A stretch of 63,965 nucleotides of DNA, the filler included, from Folioceros fuciformis (taxonomy: Eukaryota): assembly GCA_049999805.1 (NCBI GenBank). It is 22 parts of 22 records of this genome, joined end to end, with 100 filler letters (N's around TTAATTAATTAA, not from the genome) between each part and the next. Parts side by side here need not be neighbours in the genome. Positions count along the whole stretch, not along the records: positions 20,666 to 24,661 come from JBNGIO010000308.1; positions 24,762 to 26,489 come from JBNGIO010000309.1; positions 26,590 to 30,456 come from JBNGIO010000310.1; positions 30,557 to 32,430 come from JBNGIO010000311.1; positions 32,531 to 35,876 come from JBNGIO010000312.1; positions 35,977 to 37,851 come from JBNGIO010000313.1; 16 more parts are not named here. One strand, written 5' to 3'. A program made the translations under genes and the position numbers. This document shows positions 23,901 to 36,272 of this stretch, one piece after another. The notes below the pieces were generated by a model, which ran no database searches, was not told where the DNA came from, and worked only from the letters and a program-made list of their open reading frames with translations. How positions within the stretch are numbered: position 1 is the stretch's first letter; each line of letters opens with the position of its first letter.

Positions 23901-24465
23901 GAAAACAAAACGGGACTTACACAAACACAAACGAGAGAAGAAGAAACAAACCAATCCACTTGTTGGGCAAAGCACTCAAAACAGGAGGATAGGAGCCCAT
24001 CTCAGTGAAAACACTAGAATTATGGTAAGAAGCCACAACCTCCATCACAAATATTGATTCTAGCATAAGCATATGCCTTGGCAATAAGTTTCAACATAAA
24101 CATAAAAAATCCTATATCATCAAAATACTTTCGGCTAGCTATAAAATATGGTCCAACTCTTTTTTGAACCCCTTGTTAGCCTCTTTAAAGATGAGGTTCA
24201 AAGCATGCATGAAAACATTGACACCTAGTGTCTTTGGGGCCGGCTAAGTCACGATGAACTTATTAATTACTTTTATCTTATGCACTTACAACCAATAGTG
24301 AACAAGTTCATGGAAATGCATCCTAAACTTTTCTATATTCAAGATCTAAATAATTAGAATAAAGTTTACTCGTATGCATATAAATGAAAAACTTGTATAT
24401 TAAGATGCTGATATATTTGATAGTAAAGCTACAAAGTTAAGTACAATGGAGGGAAAAAGAACTAC

Positions 24466-24597
24466 CTCCCACTAGGGCCTTCAAGTAGACATGTCAATAA
24501 AGGAGTTCGCTCACTCTTTTGTACTTGTTGTGCTAGTGTCATCCCAGTCAATCTTATTCTTGCATGCTTTTCTCCACAATTGAGCATTCCATTTAAC
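24466..24597 (-). CDS. NSF: Single internal exon of the vesicle-fusing ATPase NSF (D2 domain up to Walker A)
   Basis: 132-bp phase 2-2 exon, TTTTTAG|...|GTAGT, encoding (R)LNGMLNCGEKHARIRLTGMTLAQQVQKSERTPLLTCLLEGPSG(S). Matches plant NSF LNGMVDCG...LVTCLLEGPSGSGKT as recalled. Confidence 0.88.
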
Positions 24598-24838
24598 CTA
24601 AAAATATTACTATTTTGGTTTGCAGCTAATTTCCAACAATTATTTTGATAGAATATTATTTNNNNNNNNNNNNNNNNNNNNNNNNNNNNNNNNNNNNNNN
24701 NNNNNTTAATTAATTAANNNNNNNNNNNNNNNNNNNNNNNNNNNNNNNNNNNNNNNNNNNNGGAAGGGGAAGGGGAAGGAGGAAGAAGGAAAGACGAGGA
24801 ACGAAGGAAGACAGGAAGGAAGGAAGAGGAGAGTCCAC

Positions 24839-26489
24839 CTGTGGCAGCATCCAAGCCCACCCAAGCTCCGCCGGTTGTGGTCTTCATTGAAGGAACCAGC
24901 GTGTAAGTGAGGTTGAGGCTGTTGGCGTTGTTCACGAAGACGGTCTTGCCATCTGTGGCTGATCCCCACATGGCGCCACCAGAGTACCCACCAGGTCCCG
25001 TCACCTGATGTCATCACCGTCAGAAGCAGGGCAGCCAGAGACACGTGTTCCTCGAATCCGAGATGTTTGGAAACGTACCGTGTCCCAGACGATGTCACCG
25101 GTGTCTCGATCCAAGGCCCAGGCTATGCCGCTCTTCTGCGCGGCCACTGCCACATCAACACTGGAGGAGGAATTTACGCGGATGGTGAGCAGCATGGGGG
25201 CTTCTCCAAAGTCGTAGTCGCTGCCAGGGCCTTTAGGGCAGTTGGCAACGTTCCCAGGCAGGATGCAAGCTATATTCCAAGCGTCGTAGCCTAACAGATT
25301 CTTGGCCCACCGAATCTTCCCGCTGCCCAACTCCACAGCAAGGATTGCGTTTTCCAGATTCCCCGGCTCCAGGCAAGGGTCAGGATCCTGTTACAGATGG
25401 AAGCACCACCCCGCCAGAGGTATGTGAGTATTTGCAGTGTGCACAGCAGTGCAGTGCTAGCATTATAGCCAGGCGCAGACGACCTGTTACACAGTACGAT
25501 GTGATGAGCAGGGATGAAACTCAGAGTCTGTGCCTCACCTCAGGCTTAGAGAGGTTCTGCTGCTTTTGCTCACATTCCTGGATGGCCAGGGGTGCGGTGT
25601 ACAGATTTCCTGTGGCAACGTACACCAGACCCCGAGCCAGGTCGATGGCAGGACTGCTGCCCCAGACAGCAGCCCCGGCATACTGCCCTGGCTTGCCTCC
25701 ATTGTCTGGCAGCGTGAGAGTCTTCCATACCACCTTCCCAGTTCGGATATCGAGCTTCTGGAGACTCCCAATGAAGGTGCAACAGGTGTAGTTAGGTAAG
25801 GTGCTGGCGAATTCCTCAATTGAGGACACCCCGAAGTAGTATGAACTGCGCACACAAGACCGATTGCAGCGATCAGCAACTGTTACATACAATCAGTGAA
25901 TCCATACTAGTCTGCAAGTCTCAAGCAACGTTCTTGCATCATTCATGTCATTGAGCAGTGCCATTAGTACAAGAAACGTCACATAGCAGACAGTTCAGAC
26001 TCCAGGCCCATCACATCTGGTGCTGCTCACCACAGGGTCAAACAATGGTGTTACCGTTTGTGGACAGTGCCCGACTGCGTCAAAACAGCCCAAGGATGCT
26101 CTTCAACCAAAGTCTTCCAGAGAAGCTTGCCAGTGCGTCGATCCAGAGCGACGACATAGCCTGGACCAGCGAGTCCAAACAGCAGCGCATCACGAGCCAC
26201 AACAGGCGTGGCTCTGGTGAACGCGTACGGGACCCCTGCCGCAGCATCCAAGCCCAGCAAACTGTGAACAACCCAGCTCATCATAAATCATCACACGACA
26301 GAGGAGGAAATGCCTTGATCGATGTGCGTCTCACGAAGGCACCGCGCATACCCAGTGCCGAGAAAGCCGTGCCCAGCAGACCCGTCACCTCCGTGATATT
26401 TGTGCGCCAGAGCAGCGACCCCGTCTCCTGCTCCACGGCGAACACCAAGCCGTTCCAGCTGGGGAAGTAGAGCACTCCCTTGTAGACGG
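24839..26489 (-). CDS. PQQ-type beta-propeller quinoprotein, plant polyvinyl-alcohol-dehydrogenase-like (partial at both ends)
   Basis: Exons <26489-26352, 26235-26055, 25845-25539, 25387-25079 and 25004-24839, all GT-AG and in phase. Motifs YFPSWNG, CCTFIGS, GAAVWGSSPAID, VYVATGNLY, DFGEAPML, QKSG, WGSATDG. Confidence 0.9.
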
Positions 26490-26589
26490 NNNNNNNNNNN
26501 NNNNNNNNNNNNNNNNNNNNNNNNNNNNNNNNNTTAATTAATTAANNNNNNNNNNNNNNNNNNNNNNNNNNNNNNNNNNNNNNNNNNNN

Positions 26590-27625
26590 TCCTCAGGCTG
26601 TGCAGTGGTGTGGCTGGAGGATTCTCCCACTACAGGGTTGTTCGGCATGTCCTCAAGGAATGTTACATCTCGGGAATAGGTCAGTTTGTGTGTCTATGGA
26701 TGGATGAGTTTATAGCCTTTAATAGCGTCAGTGAATCCCATAAATAGGTATTTGCTGGCCCTATCATCCAGCTTTGTTCGAACTGCTTTGGGTGTGTGTA
26801 CGTAAACAGGTGAGCCGAAAACTCCAAGGGTAGAGAGATTTGGCCTGTGCCCCATCCAAGCTTCATATGGAGTACCTTGAGGTAGTGCTGTAGTGAGGGT
26901 CCTATTGATAATATACACAGCGTGTCCCATGGCCTCTGGTCAGTAACTTTTGGAAAGCTGTGCGTGTATAAGCCTAGGCAATCCACAATTCTGAACTGTT
27001 TGGTTCATTCTCTCTGCCACTCCATTTTGGTGGGAGGTGTGCGGAGTGGTTACTTGACGATTGATCCCGTGTTCCTTGCAGAATTGTTGGAATGGGCTAG
27101 AGCCATACTCGCTGCCTCCATCAGATTGTAAGCAAAGGATGGAGTCACCTGTTTGTTTTTCAGCCCATGTCTTGTAGTCTTTAAAGCATGTCAATGCCTG
27201 GTTTTTTTGTTTGAGGAAATATATGATAGTGAATCTTGTTAGGTCATCTATGATGAGCATAAAGTACAGGTAGCCATGGAGGGACCTCCTTAAGGGTCCT
27301 CACAAGTCTTAATGGACTAATTGGAGCCATTTGCTGGCTCTTGTTGCAGGGCCCTTCAGGAAAGGAGACCGCTGGCTCTTAGCTAGTGAGCAAGCTGAGC
27401 ATATGCCAAAATCTTCAACTCGAGTGAGTGATATGCCGTCAGCTGCTCTGGTCTTGAGCATGTTTTGCATCCGCTGCAGGTGCATGTGTCCCAATCTAGC
27501 GTGCCATAAGAAGGTATGATTTTGTGAATGGTTGTTGGTGTCTGCAGTTAGGGATGATGGTGGTGCCCAGGGTATAGCTACATCTAGATGGTACAAGTTG
27601 AAACGTGATGACAAGCAGGCCACTC
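26590..27625 (-). mobile_element. Ty1/copia GAG-pre-integrase and integrase fragment
   Basis: LWHARLGH...CSAC, IDDLTRF, SDGGSEY, QNGVAERMN; stops and frameshifts. Confidence 0.92.
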
Positions 27626-29507
27626 AAGTCATCCACCAAGGAACCGAAGCTACCACGAAATAGGTAGCATGAATCCTACAAAACACTCATGGTTTTAGCG
27701 AATACCCAGGTTGATGGCATTGGGGTGTGCTGTAAGGAAAATTCTTCTAATGCCTATAGCAGCAGATGTAATGACCTGTATATCCGGCAGGTTGAACTTG
27801 CTAAGACGAAGGATGTGAATGTGTTATGCAGGATGGACGATGATGCTAAGTTGACCTTAACCAATCTATTCAGATGTTGGGAGTAATACATTTAGCACCT
27901 GTATGTGGGATCCACCTCAACAAGAGTCCCAAGAGACCACAGCCATTACGGTATTATGAATGTCATGTCGGAATAAGTGGAGAAGAACTTGGTGTAACAA
28001 CGTTCCAACAGTTTACTGCGAAGGCAAGTATGGATTGAGTCTGGTGGTTCGTTGCCTTTGTTTTGTGCCCTGCTCAGAATGTCTGTAGTATGTAGTTTGC
28101 AGTCTGAGAAACCATGTTTTATGACAAATAGGGCTCTTCCTCATGTCAAGAAGTCTAGGTACAACGCTGTCCAGCTCATGGGTATTCATGAGCATGTAGA
28201 CTATGCAAGTGCTGGCTATAAGGTACAACCCTGTTGTGCTCTTCATGTGCCTCATGTTTGAAGGTTCGTTGAGATTATTTTGCACCCATTTAATGTGCAG
28301 AATTTGCCAACTGGGCAGGTTACGAATATGTTTGCAGTAAGAGTTCATGATGAAACAGGAATGGGCCTGTTTTTCATCATGGACATAGTCCACTCACATG
28401 CGGCTGCAGACGAGATGGTTGGCCTTTCTTCATTCGATAGTGCTATTGAGTGTTACTTCCATGATGGTTAGTGTGCACTGCCTTGCAAGGATTGGTGCAG
28501 AATGCTGAGATTGTTTTTTAGTCTGTTCACCATCCCGTTCACTGTAGCAGCTGAGTTCACCCTTGCATTGCAGGACGGCGAGGGCGTCACAAACATACAG
28601 GCACCCGCATATGCAATTATGGTGAATACGAAGTGCTTCGCTACCTCTTATCAATGTTGAAGTGGTTATTGGATTTAGTCCGCCTCGATGATCTCTAGTG
28701 TGACTGATCTTTCTGAATGCTGTGTTTGAATTTGCTCTCAGGCAGTTCGCATCTAGAGCAAGGTAGCTTGGAAGTCACACTTTTCTTTCTCATGGCAAGT
28801 GGGTGGAAGAGTATCACATAGATGGTTTCCACTTCCATTTGCTGTAGTCCATGTTTTACAACCACAATGGATTTGCAGAGTTCACAAATGGCTTGAATGA
28901 GTAAGGCTGCTGTCATTTAGGAAATTGCTCACAGGAGCTCCATGTTGGTCGAATTACATAGACTGCTTCCTCGCTCTTTCTCACATTTCTCTGGTTGTGC
29001 AGCTACTGCAATCAATACGTGGATAGAGATGCATTGCTGTATGTGATTCTGGCCATTGAGATGCTGCACAAGCTCAACTCGAACATTGTCACAATAGCAG
29101 GGGATGTATGCACAATCCTGCCTCTCTTCTCTTAATTGACAAATTCTAGATTGCTTGTGTGCACAGCACCAGCACTCTTGGCTGAGTCGATTGCTACTTC
29201 CCACAGGCCTCACAGTATCCAGGATTGACTGAACCCATCAGTAAAGGCGGGTTGGGCTTTGACTACTTTGCCAGCGTCTCACCCTCTGAGATGTGGTCGT
29301 ATCTCATTGAAAATGTTCCAGACAGTGAATGGAGTATGAGTCAGGTGAGATTTGAGAGTCCTGTACTCCATGGAATTCTTCGTGAGTGTGGTTCACGTTT
29401 TGTGAACTAACGAACGGCATGTGGTACGGCGATTTCAGATTGTAGAGACTTTAATCGATTCCTAGTCCGGAGGCAGAGCTCTTGTGTATGCAGAAAATCA
29501 TGCCCAG
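27626..29507 (+). pseudogene. SBE3: Class III starch branching enzyme (GH13) pseudogene, intron-containing fragment
   Basis: Exons encode YECHVGISG, LPHVKKSRYNAVQLMG, DIVHSHAAADEMVGLS, DGFHFH, YCNQYVDRDAL, GGLGFDY, EWSMSQ, YAENH. In-frame TAG at 28845 and 29463, deletions, and AED changed to AGD at 29097-29105. Confidence 0.9.
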
Positions 29508-30104
29508 GTAATTTTGCCGACTTAACACCTAAAGCCTAGAGATTCTGGAGTGATCCCGGGCACGCATGCACCCTCCGTGGTCGCTAAATGGGGTCCACGG
29601 CACGGTCTATTCCGTCGTAGGGTCTTGATAGGACCTACGGGCCTTCTGTACTTATAATTTTATTTTGAAAGATCCTCAACTCTTCAGAAGAAAAAAAAAC
29701 CTCGTGCTAAGGTGTTTCCTAAGCTCAAGAACCTCATGGCTAAGTTTTTCCTAAGCTCAAGAACCTCATAGCTAAGTTGTTTCCTATGCTCAAAAACTTC
29801 ATGCACATCTTCGATGCATCACGAAGGTTAGGTCCATTTATTTTAAAAAGACAATACGAAAAATCCATCCATCTGTAATGAGGGAGATAAATCTTGATTA
29901 GACACTAGGGCTACCCCTGACCCTAATGGCTACCAATAGTAGCTAAAATATCAGTGTCCAAGCTAGTAAGGAGAAAGAGTCTTCACTACCACTAGAGTCC
30001 TAGGTCCTCCAAGCTAGTAGGAGAAAGAGTCTTCACTACCATTAGAGTCCTAGGTCCTGGCATTGAGCAAGGGTCATAGGAAGGTTCCAATCTTAGGATC
30101 TAGG

Positions 30105-30281
30105 AAGCATCACAAGAAGCGCATCGGAAGCTGTGCAAGAAGCGCATTGGAAGCGGCACAAGAAGCGCATCGGAAGGGGCGCAAGAAGCGCATCGGAAGC
30201 TGCGCAAGAACTGCATCGGAAGCTGCGCAAGAAGCGCATCGGAAGCTGCGCAAGAAGCGCATCGGAAGCTGCGCAAGAAGC
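30105..30281. repeat. Tandem repeat, 23 bp x~7, inside an LTR-like segment related to 49013-49304
   Basis: Unit CATCGGAAGCTGCGCAAGAAGCG; 30290-30385 matches ~49205-49300. Confidence 0.85.
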
Positions 30282-30556
30282 TTCCAACTAATTAGCTTAA
30301 GCTAATCTAAACTAATGGTACTGAACTAGATACTAATCTTACACTAAACACATTAGTCTAAGCACATTGGACTTTATTAACCCGATAAAAAGTCCAAAAC
30401 ATGGGACACCATGCTTGACCATGGAGAAAAGTCTAAAACATGGGACACAATGCTTGNNNNNNNNNNNNNNNNNNNNNNNNNNNNNNNNNNNNNNNNNNNN
30501 TTAATTAATTAANNNNNNNNNNNNNNNNNNNNNNNNNNNNNNNNNNNNNNNNNNNN

Positions 30557-31161
30557 AGGGGCTTGCCCCTAGCTCTTGATTGTAAAGGGTGTGTCTTTCT
30601 CTCAACTTGTCCACTCTTGTTCCTTGCTTGGTCAAGTGCTGTAGGCCGGCCATGTCTCATGGCGTCTGGTAAGGTTGTGGGGAGGAGATACCCAAGAGGG
30701 GAGTGTGTTCCCTTCTTCCTTTTGTTTGGGGTTAGTCTAGTGACTCTTGCCGGGTAGGAGGAGTCCGTAGGGAAGTGTAGAAGGGAGTGGTGTCATTGTT
30801 AGTTGTTGGTGTTGGTGCTGGAGTGAGAGAGTGAGAGAGTGAGAGAGTGAGTGAAGTGTGTGAGGGAAGTCGCAGATCTGAGAGGTTAGAGTCGTTGTAG
30901 TGACTAGAGTGAGTTTGTGGGCACCAAGAGAGGTGCAGCTAACCGCTAGACAGTGAGGCCTGTCCTATGCCAGATCGGAGCTGGAGGGAAGCCCTTGAAT
31001 CCATCATCGAGTTGATCAAGTCCGACCCTCCATCCACAGCAGCAAGGAACCCCATCGCTCCTTCGTGGGAACGAAACCCAATGTCTCAACGACAGTGGGA
31101 TAAGTGTGGCCACTAAAGGTGGAACCCGTTGGCAATCAGTGCCCGGGGTTTTTCCTCCACA
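30557..31161 (-). mobile_element. LTR family B, 5' end, inserted into gypsy pol
   Basis: Near-identical reverse complement of 58560-59147; TG terminus at 31161. Confidence 0.88.
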
Positions 31162-32430
31162 ACAAGACAGGCCCATATTGTTTGAAGCAAGGGGTCTTGT
31201 ACAAACTAGGCCCAGATGGTAAGGTGAGGCGTTGTTTGGAAGTGAATGAAGGTGTTGTGGTGACCAAAGCTTTGCATGCGGAAGAGGCAGGAGGCCACTA
31301 TTCAGTCCCCATTACCATCAAGAAGATCTTGGATACTGGGTTTTGGTGGGCTACCATGCAGAGGGATGTGTGGGAGTTTGTAAGAAGGTGTGATGCTTGT
31401 CAAAGGGTAGGGAGACCCACATTGACAACCAGGTGGCCGTTGACCTACATTTTGCTGTTGGCTCCGTTCGAGAAGTGGGGGATTGACTTTGTAGGGCCGA
31501 TTCGTCCACCTACTCGCTGGACAAGGAAGCAATACATCTTAGTGGCGACGGACTACTGTACCAAGATGGTGGAGGCGGAGGCTACCCGACGGGACGATGC
31601 CCCAACAGTGGCCAAATTTCTGTTTGAGAACATCATCACACGCTATGGGTGTTCGTTGGAGTTGGTCAGCGACAGAGGTACACATTTCCTCAATGAAGTC
31701 ATCACTGCCTTGACCACCTACTTCAACATTCGTCATAGGAAGACCACTCCTTACAATCTGAAGGCGAATGGGTTAACGGAGAAGACCAATGGTCTTTTGG
31801 GGACCATCTTGACCCAAGGTGACTGTGACTCACATGTACGATTGGGATACCAAGTTGCATTCAGCACTTTGGGCTTACAGGACGGCAGAGAAGATCACCA
31901 CGAAGAGGACTCCATACTACTTGACCTATGGTATGTCGCCTGTTCTTCCCATTGAGTTTGAGATTCCCACTCACCGTGTCATGGAGAAGGCTAGGCTACC
32001 AGTGAGGGAGAGCCAAGAAGCTAGGTTGGAAGCTTTCATCACCTACGAGGAGGACCGAGAAGAAGCCTTGGAGGAGACACATAGGATACAAGAGCAAAGG
32101 AAAACCCGCCACGATGGTAGGTTGAGGAAGAAGGAGACCATCGTACAAGGCGATCTGGTGCTACTGTATGATAGTAGGTACATGGATTTCCCAGGTAAGC
32201 TGAGGTTGAGGTGGATGGGTCCTTACAAGGTGGAGGAAGTGTTTGAGAATGGGTCTGCCCAGTTGAGGGTATTGGATGGTGATTTGTTGCCAACTAGGGT
32301 CAATGGTTGGCAAGTCAAGAAGTACTATAAGCCCTGAGAGGGTTAGTTGTTTGCGAGGACGCAAACAGCTGAGAAGGGAGGCATGTGAACCTCCAAAGTT
32401 TGGGGTAGTGGTTTGTTTTGGTTGAAAAAG
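31162..32430 (+). mobile_element. Ty3/gypsy (non-chromovirus) integrase, PPT 32371-32383 and start of the 3' LTR (family A) at 32384
   Basis: HHCC (H..GGH..CDAC), WGIDF, SDRGTHF, NGLTE, WMGPY; frameshift near 31815; no chromodomain; PPT GAGAAGGGAGGCA then TG. Confidence 0.95.
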
Positions 32431-32530
32431 NNNNNNNNNNNNNNNNNNNNNNNNNNNNNNNNNNNNNNNNNNNNTTAATTAATTAANNNNNNNNNNNNNN
32501 NNNNNNNNNNNNNNNNNNNNNNNNNNNNNN

Positions 32531-33784
32531 ATCTTGTGTAAGATGAGAAGTAGGCTTCCCACTCCGAGTATGAAGACAAAACAGGTCATGATCTGATGAT
32601 CCATAAGGCAAAACCTTGCTATGATCATAAGCATCTATCACTTGACATTCAGTAGTTGTAAATAAAAACATGACTGTTGTTATCTAAATTTAGTCTTCTA
32701 ACTGAAACTAAGTTTCTGGTCATGTCAGGTACATAATACACATCATTGAAAATGAGTGTAACTCTAGATGGGACCAACAGGTGCACTATGCCTATGCCAG
32801 GGGAGATTAGTGAACAATCATCCCCAAGGTAAACATATTGATCCTTAGCTGAACTATATGTTTTGTAAGCATTTTTGTCAAAATAGATATGTGTTGTTGC
32901 ACCTGTGGCTAAGTACCATTTTGCTAATGGTCTTATCTCTATCTTTGTAGATAGGCAAGTAGGGAGGAGAAGTGGGTTAGAAAATTCTCTTGTACTCACA
33001 GTGAGAGCAGAAGGAGTGTTATTTTTCTTTACCACCACATGATTTTGACCTGGACTGCTTTCCTTACGAGGCTGGCTTGTTTCTTGCGACACTCGCGCGC
33101 CCAGTGTCCTGGCATTTTGCACCAGTTGCAAGTGCCACTTCTTTTGACACCAGGTTTCTTAGTATTACTTGTTGAGGGTCCAGATTGAGAGCTGCTGCCT
33201 CTATAGGTATTTGCACTTCCCCCCTGGAAGTTGCCTCTCATACCTCCTCCTCTACCCCTTCCTGAAGTGTAAACAGCTTGCTGCTTCCCAAGTCTTCCAC
33301 TAGGAGTGCCTGTTGTAGCTTCCTCCTGTAGTAGAGCTCCCACTAACTCAGAAAATGTAACCTCAGGGAGCTTAACCTTGGCTACCTTGGCCAACTTCTC
33401 AGATTGCATTTGAGAGGTGTTGAAAGATGTCACAAAATGTGACCAGGAGGGTGGCAAAGAAAGTAACATGTACATAACCAAAAGTTCATCCTTCAAAGGA
33501 TCTCTAGAAGAACTTTCAAGCTTTGAAACTAGGGTCTTGAAATGCCCCACATGCTTCTCAATAGATTCTCCTTCCTTCATCTTAAGGTTGTGGAGATTTT
33601 TGAGAGCAGTCATTTGGCTTGTTGTATTAGAACCAGAGTATAGATCCTGGAGACGATTCCACACATCCTCAGCAGTGTCAGCTCCAACAGTCTACCTTAA
33701 CATGTCTGATGTTAAGCCACTTCAGAGCAGATACAAGGCTATGTCATTTTTGACTGTCCATGCATCTTTGTCTTTATCAAGACA
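32531..33784 (-). mobile_element. Ty1/copia gag, zinc knuckle and protease fragment
   Basis: LKMKEGESIEKH..LLSLPPSW; CNWCKMPGHWAREC; WYLATGATTHI; YYVPDMTRNLVSV. Confidence 0.92.
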
Positions 33785-35340
33785 TGGACAAGGATCGGCC
33801 GAACAGGAGCGAGACGTGCGTGAGAAAAAGAGATTGTGAATTATGTTGTGTCCGTCGGCCTTTGTGGTCGCACGAACAAGAGGTCAGTACGGCAGTTAAC
33901 CGTTACCTAGTAGTTGGCCGGTGGCCTTCTCCCCGTATAGCTAGGGTAGCGTTTCATATCTAAATATGCAAAACCCTAACTAGCATAAGAGTTCGAGTAT
34001 TAAAGTAATTAGGGCACAGCCCTTTTCTAACACTCCCACTTGCTCGACACTTTGCGCCTGCCGCCAGCCTTAGGCAAGAACCATGAATCTTGGCTAGATG
34101 TCTGCGGTTTGGATTTGCATGGCCTACCTTTTGCTTGTCGCTGGAATCATTGCTAAGCTCGAGAGAGCGTGCTCCGCATGACGCCGCCACCGTCCTTCTT
34201 CATATTGCCTTGAAGGCGCTGCATGTTGTTGGAGCAGGCAGAGATCGGCCGTGATGGCAGCTTGACACTTCGTTACTCTCCATGGTTCCGCGAGGATCGT
34301 GAGTGAGCTTGAATTTCCTGCAAAACAAATAGCGTGCACCCATCCTTTTGTGCAGCTACCCTGGTGAGGTGTCGCCCTGACCAGTAATTGGTTTGTCTGT
34401 GAGGCCAAAGCCGGTGCAGTGCTTGTCGGCTTATCTCGTGAGAGTGGCTTTGTAAATATGTCTGCTTTGTTGTCATCTGTGGGGACATACTCTAGGTGGA
34501 TATGCCTATATGCTATTGCTTGCCGTATGAAATGAAACCTAACATCTATGTGCCTTGTGCGTCCATGCATGACCGGATTCCGAGACAACGCGATGGCGGA
34601 CTGATTGTCACAGAATATGGTCGTCGGCTCAGGTTGTGTCATCCCGATGGAGTCCAGCAAAGCTCTTGCATGTAGCACTTCCTGTGTGGCCGATGTCTCG
34701 GGTATGTACTCTACCTCAGTGGAGAACAGAGCAACGATTTGTTGCCATTTATAGGTCCAGGAGATGGTGCTCCCACTCAAAATCACACAGTAAGCCGTGA
34801 CCGACTTGCGAGTATCCTTATCTCCTGCCCAATCCGCATCAGTAAAGCAGACTAAAGTAGGAGGTATCTTGCCTGGCTGATGCTTGTACAGGAGGCCGAG
34901 CTTTGGATGCAATTTCAAGTATCTCAAAGCTCTCTTTGCCTTCGTCCAGTGCTGCTGTCCAGGGTTAGATATATACTTCCAAATGTTGTGAGAAGACAGA
35001 CCAAGATCCGGTCTCGTCCAGCCACTCAGCCAGACTAGGCATCCTGCTAGTTTGCCGTAGGGAATGCCTAACATCTCTTGCCTCTCCTTGTCTGTAGTAG
35101 GTGCTTGGTCCACTGAGGAAAAATCTCCCACTGCGAGAGGTGTACTTACAGGCTTGCAGTCCTTCATGCCGAACTTTTCCAGGAGCCTGTACACATAATG
35201 CTCATGGTGGATGAAGATACTTGAGTCAACCAGGTTGACGATTGCTTGCACTCCCAGGAAAAACTTGACCATGCCCAGGTCAGTCATTTTGAATTTTGAG
35301 GACAGGATGTCCTTGTTAGAGTTTTCTAGAGCGGAGAGCT
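33785..35340 (-). mobile_element. Ty1/copia RT/RNase H, PPT and 3' LTR (~33785-34032)
   Basis: MTDLG..FFLG, TRPDL, DADWAGD, CDNQSAI, RHIDVRFH; GCAAGTGGGAG|TGTTAG. Confidence 0.92.
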
Positions 35341-35766
35341 TGAGAAAATCAGAACAATGGTAGGCAAAAGAATAATACATTACAATTAACAAAAATGTTT
35401 AAATACGTAAGTAAAGTGTCTCTTCATATTAGGGCTAATTAATCAAGGCTAATTAATTATGGTAAATATATTATCAACCCTAATCTAATGACGTGGTTAC
35501 CAAAACCTGGTAGGTCTCTTAACACACCCCCTTAACCACGGCAGACTAACGCAGTTCGGAGGACACGTCACACAACCACGGTCAAACAAGCAGCAGGAAA
35601 TCTCGATTAAATACAGCAAAGGAGCTTCATCCGCGAGAGCCTGATGCGCCGGACGTGAAGCAAGTCAAGAGTCCAAAACCTGTTGAGAGGCAAAGCCAAC
35701 ATAATCCACAAGCCCCATCTGATCACGAAAGAAAGAATGCTTGGATGTCGGCAAGGCCTTGGTAAG
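35341..35766 (-). mobile_element. Copia-like 3' end: short LTR 35341-35524 and PPT
   Basis: GGTTAAGGGGGTG|TGTTAAG...TTCTCA; related to 36273-36460. Confidence 0.7.
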
Positions 35767-35876
35767 TGTGAACCTCCAAAGTTTGGGGTAGTAGTTTGTT
35801 TTGGTTGAAAAAGGGTTAATAGTGGTATGGTTTGGTTTTCTTTTTCCACTTATTTTCCCTAATTTTCCTTGATTTT
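35767..35876 (+). mobile_element. Gypsy LTR family A, 5' end
   Basis: TGTGAACCTCCAAAGTTTGGGGTAGT. Confidence 0.9.
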
Positions 35877-35976
35877 NNNNNNNNNNNNNNNNNNNNNNNN
35901 NNNNNNNNNNNNNNNNNNNNTTAATTAATTAANNNNNNNNNNNNNNNNNNNNNNNNNNNNNNNNNNNNNNNNNNNN

Positions 35977-36272
35977 GATCGCGGGCAGCGTGTTGCCGGT
36001 TGTATAGTGTCTGGTAGGATCACAAGGTGTAATGACCAGGGTGTCGGGGCTTGCCCCTAGCTCTTGATTATAAAGGATGTGTCTTTCTCTCGACCTGTCC
36101 ACTCTTGTTCCTTGCTTGGACAAGTGCTGTAGGCCAGCCATGTTTCATGGCGTCTGGTAAGGTTGTAGGGGGGAGATATCCAAGAGGGGAGTGTGTTCCC
36201 TTCTTTCTTTTCTTTGGGGTTAGTCTAGTGACTCTTGTCGGGTAGGAGGAGTCAGTAGGGAAGTGTAGAAGG
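35977..36272 (-). mobile_element. LTR family B, internal part, interrupted by a copia element
   Basis: Reverse complement of ~58921-59218. Confidence 0.85.

Noticed and set aside
24466-26489. NSF, quinoprotein and SBE3 as a gene cluster
   Set aside because: They lie on different contigs separated by artificial spacers.
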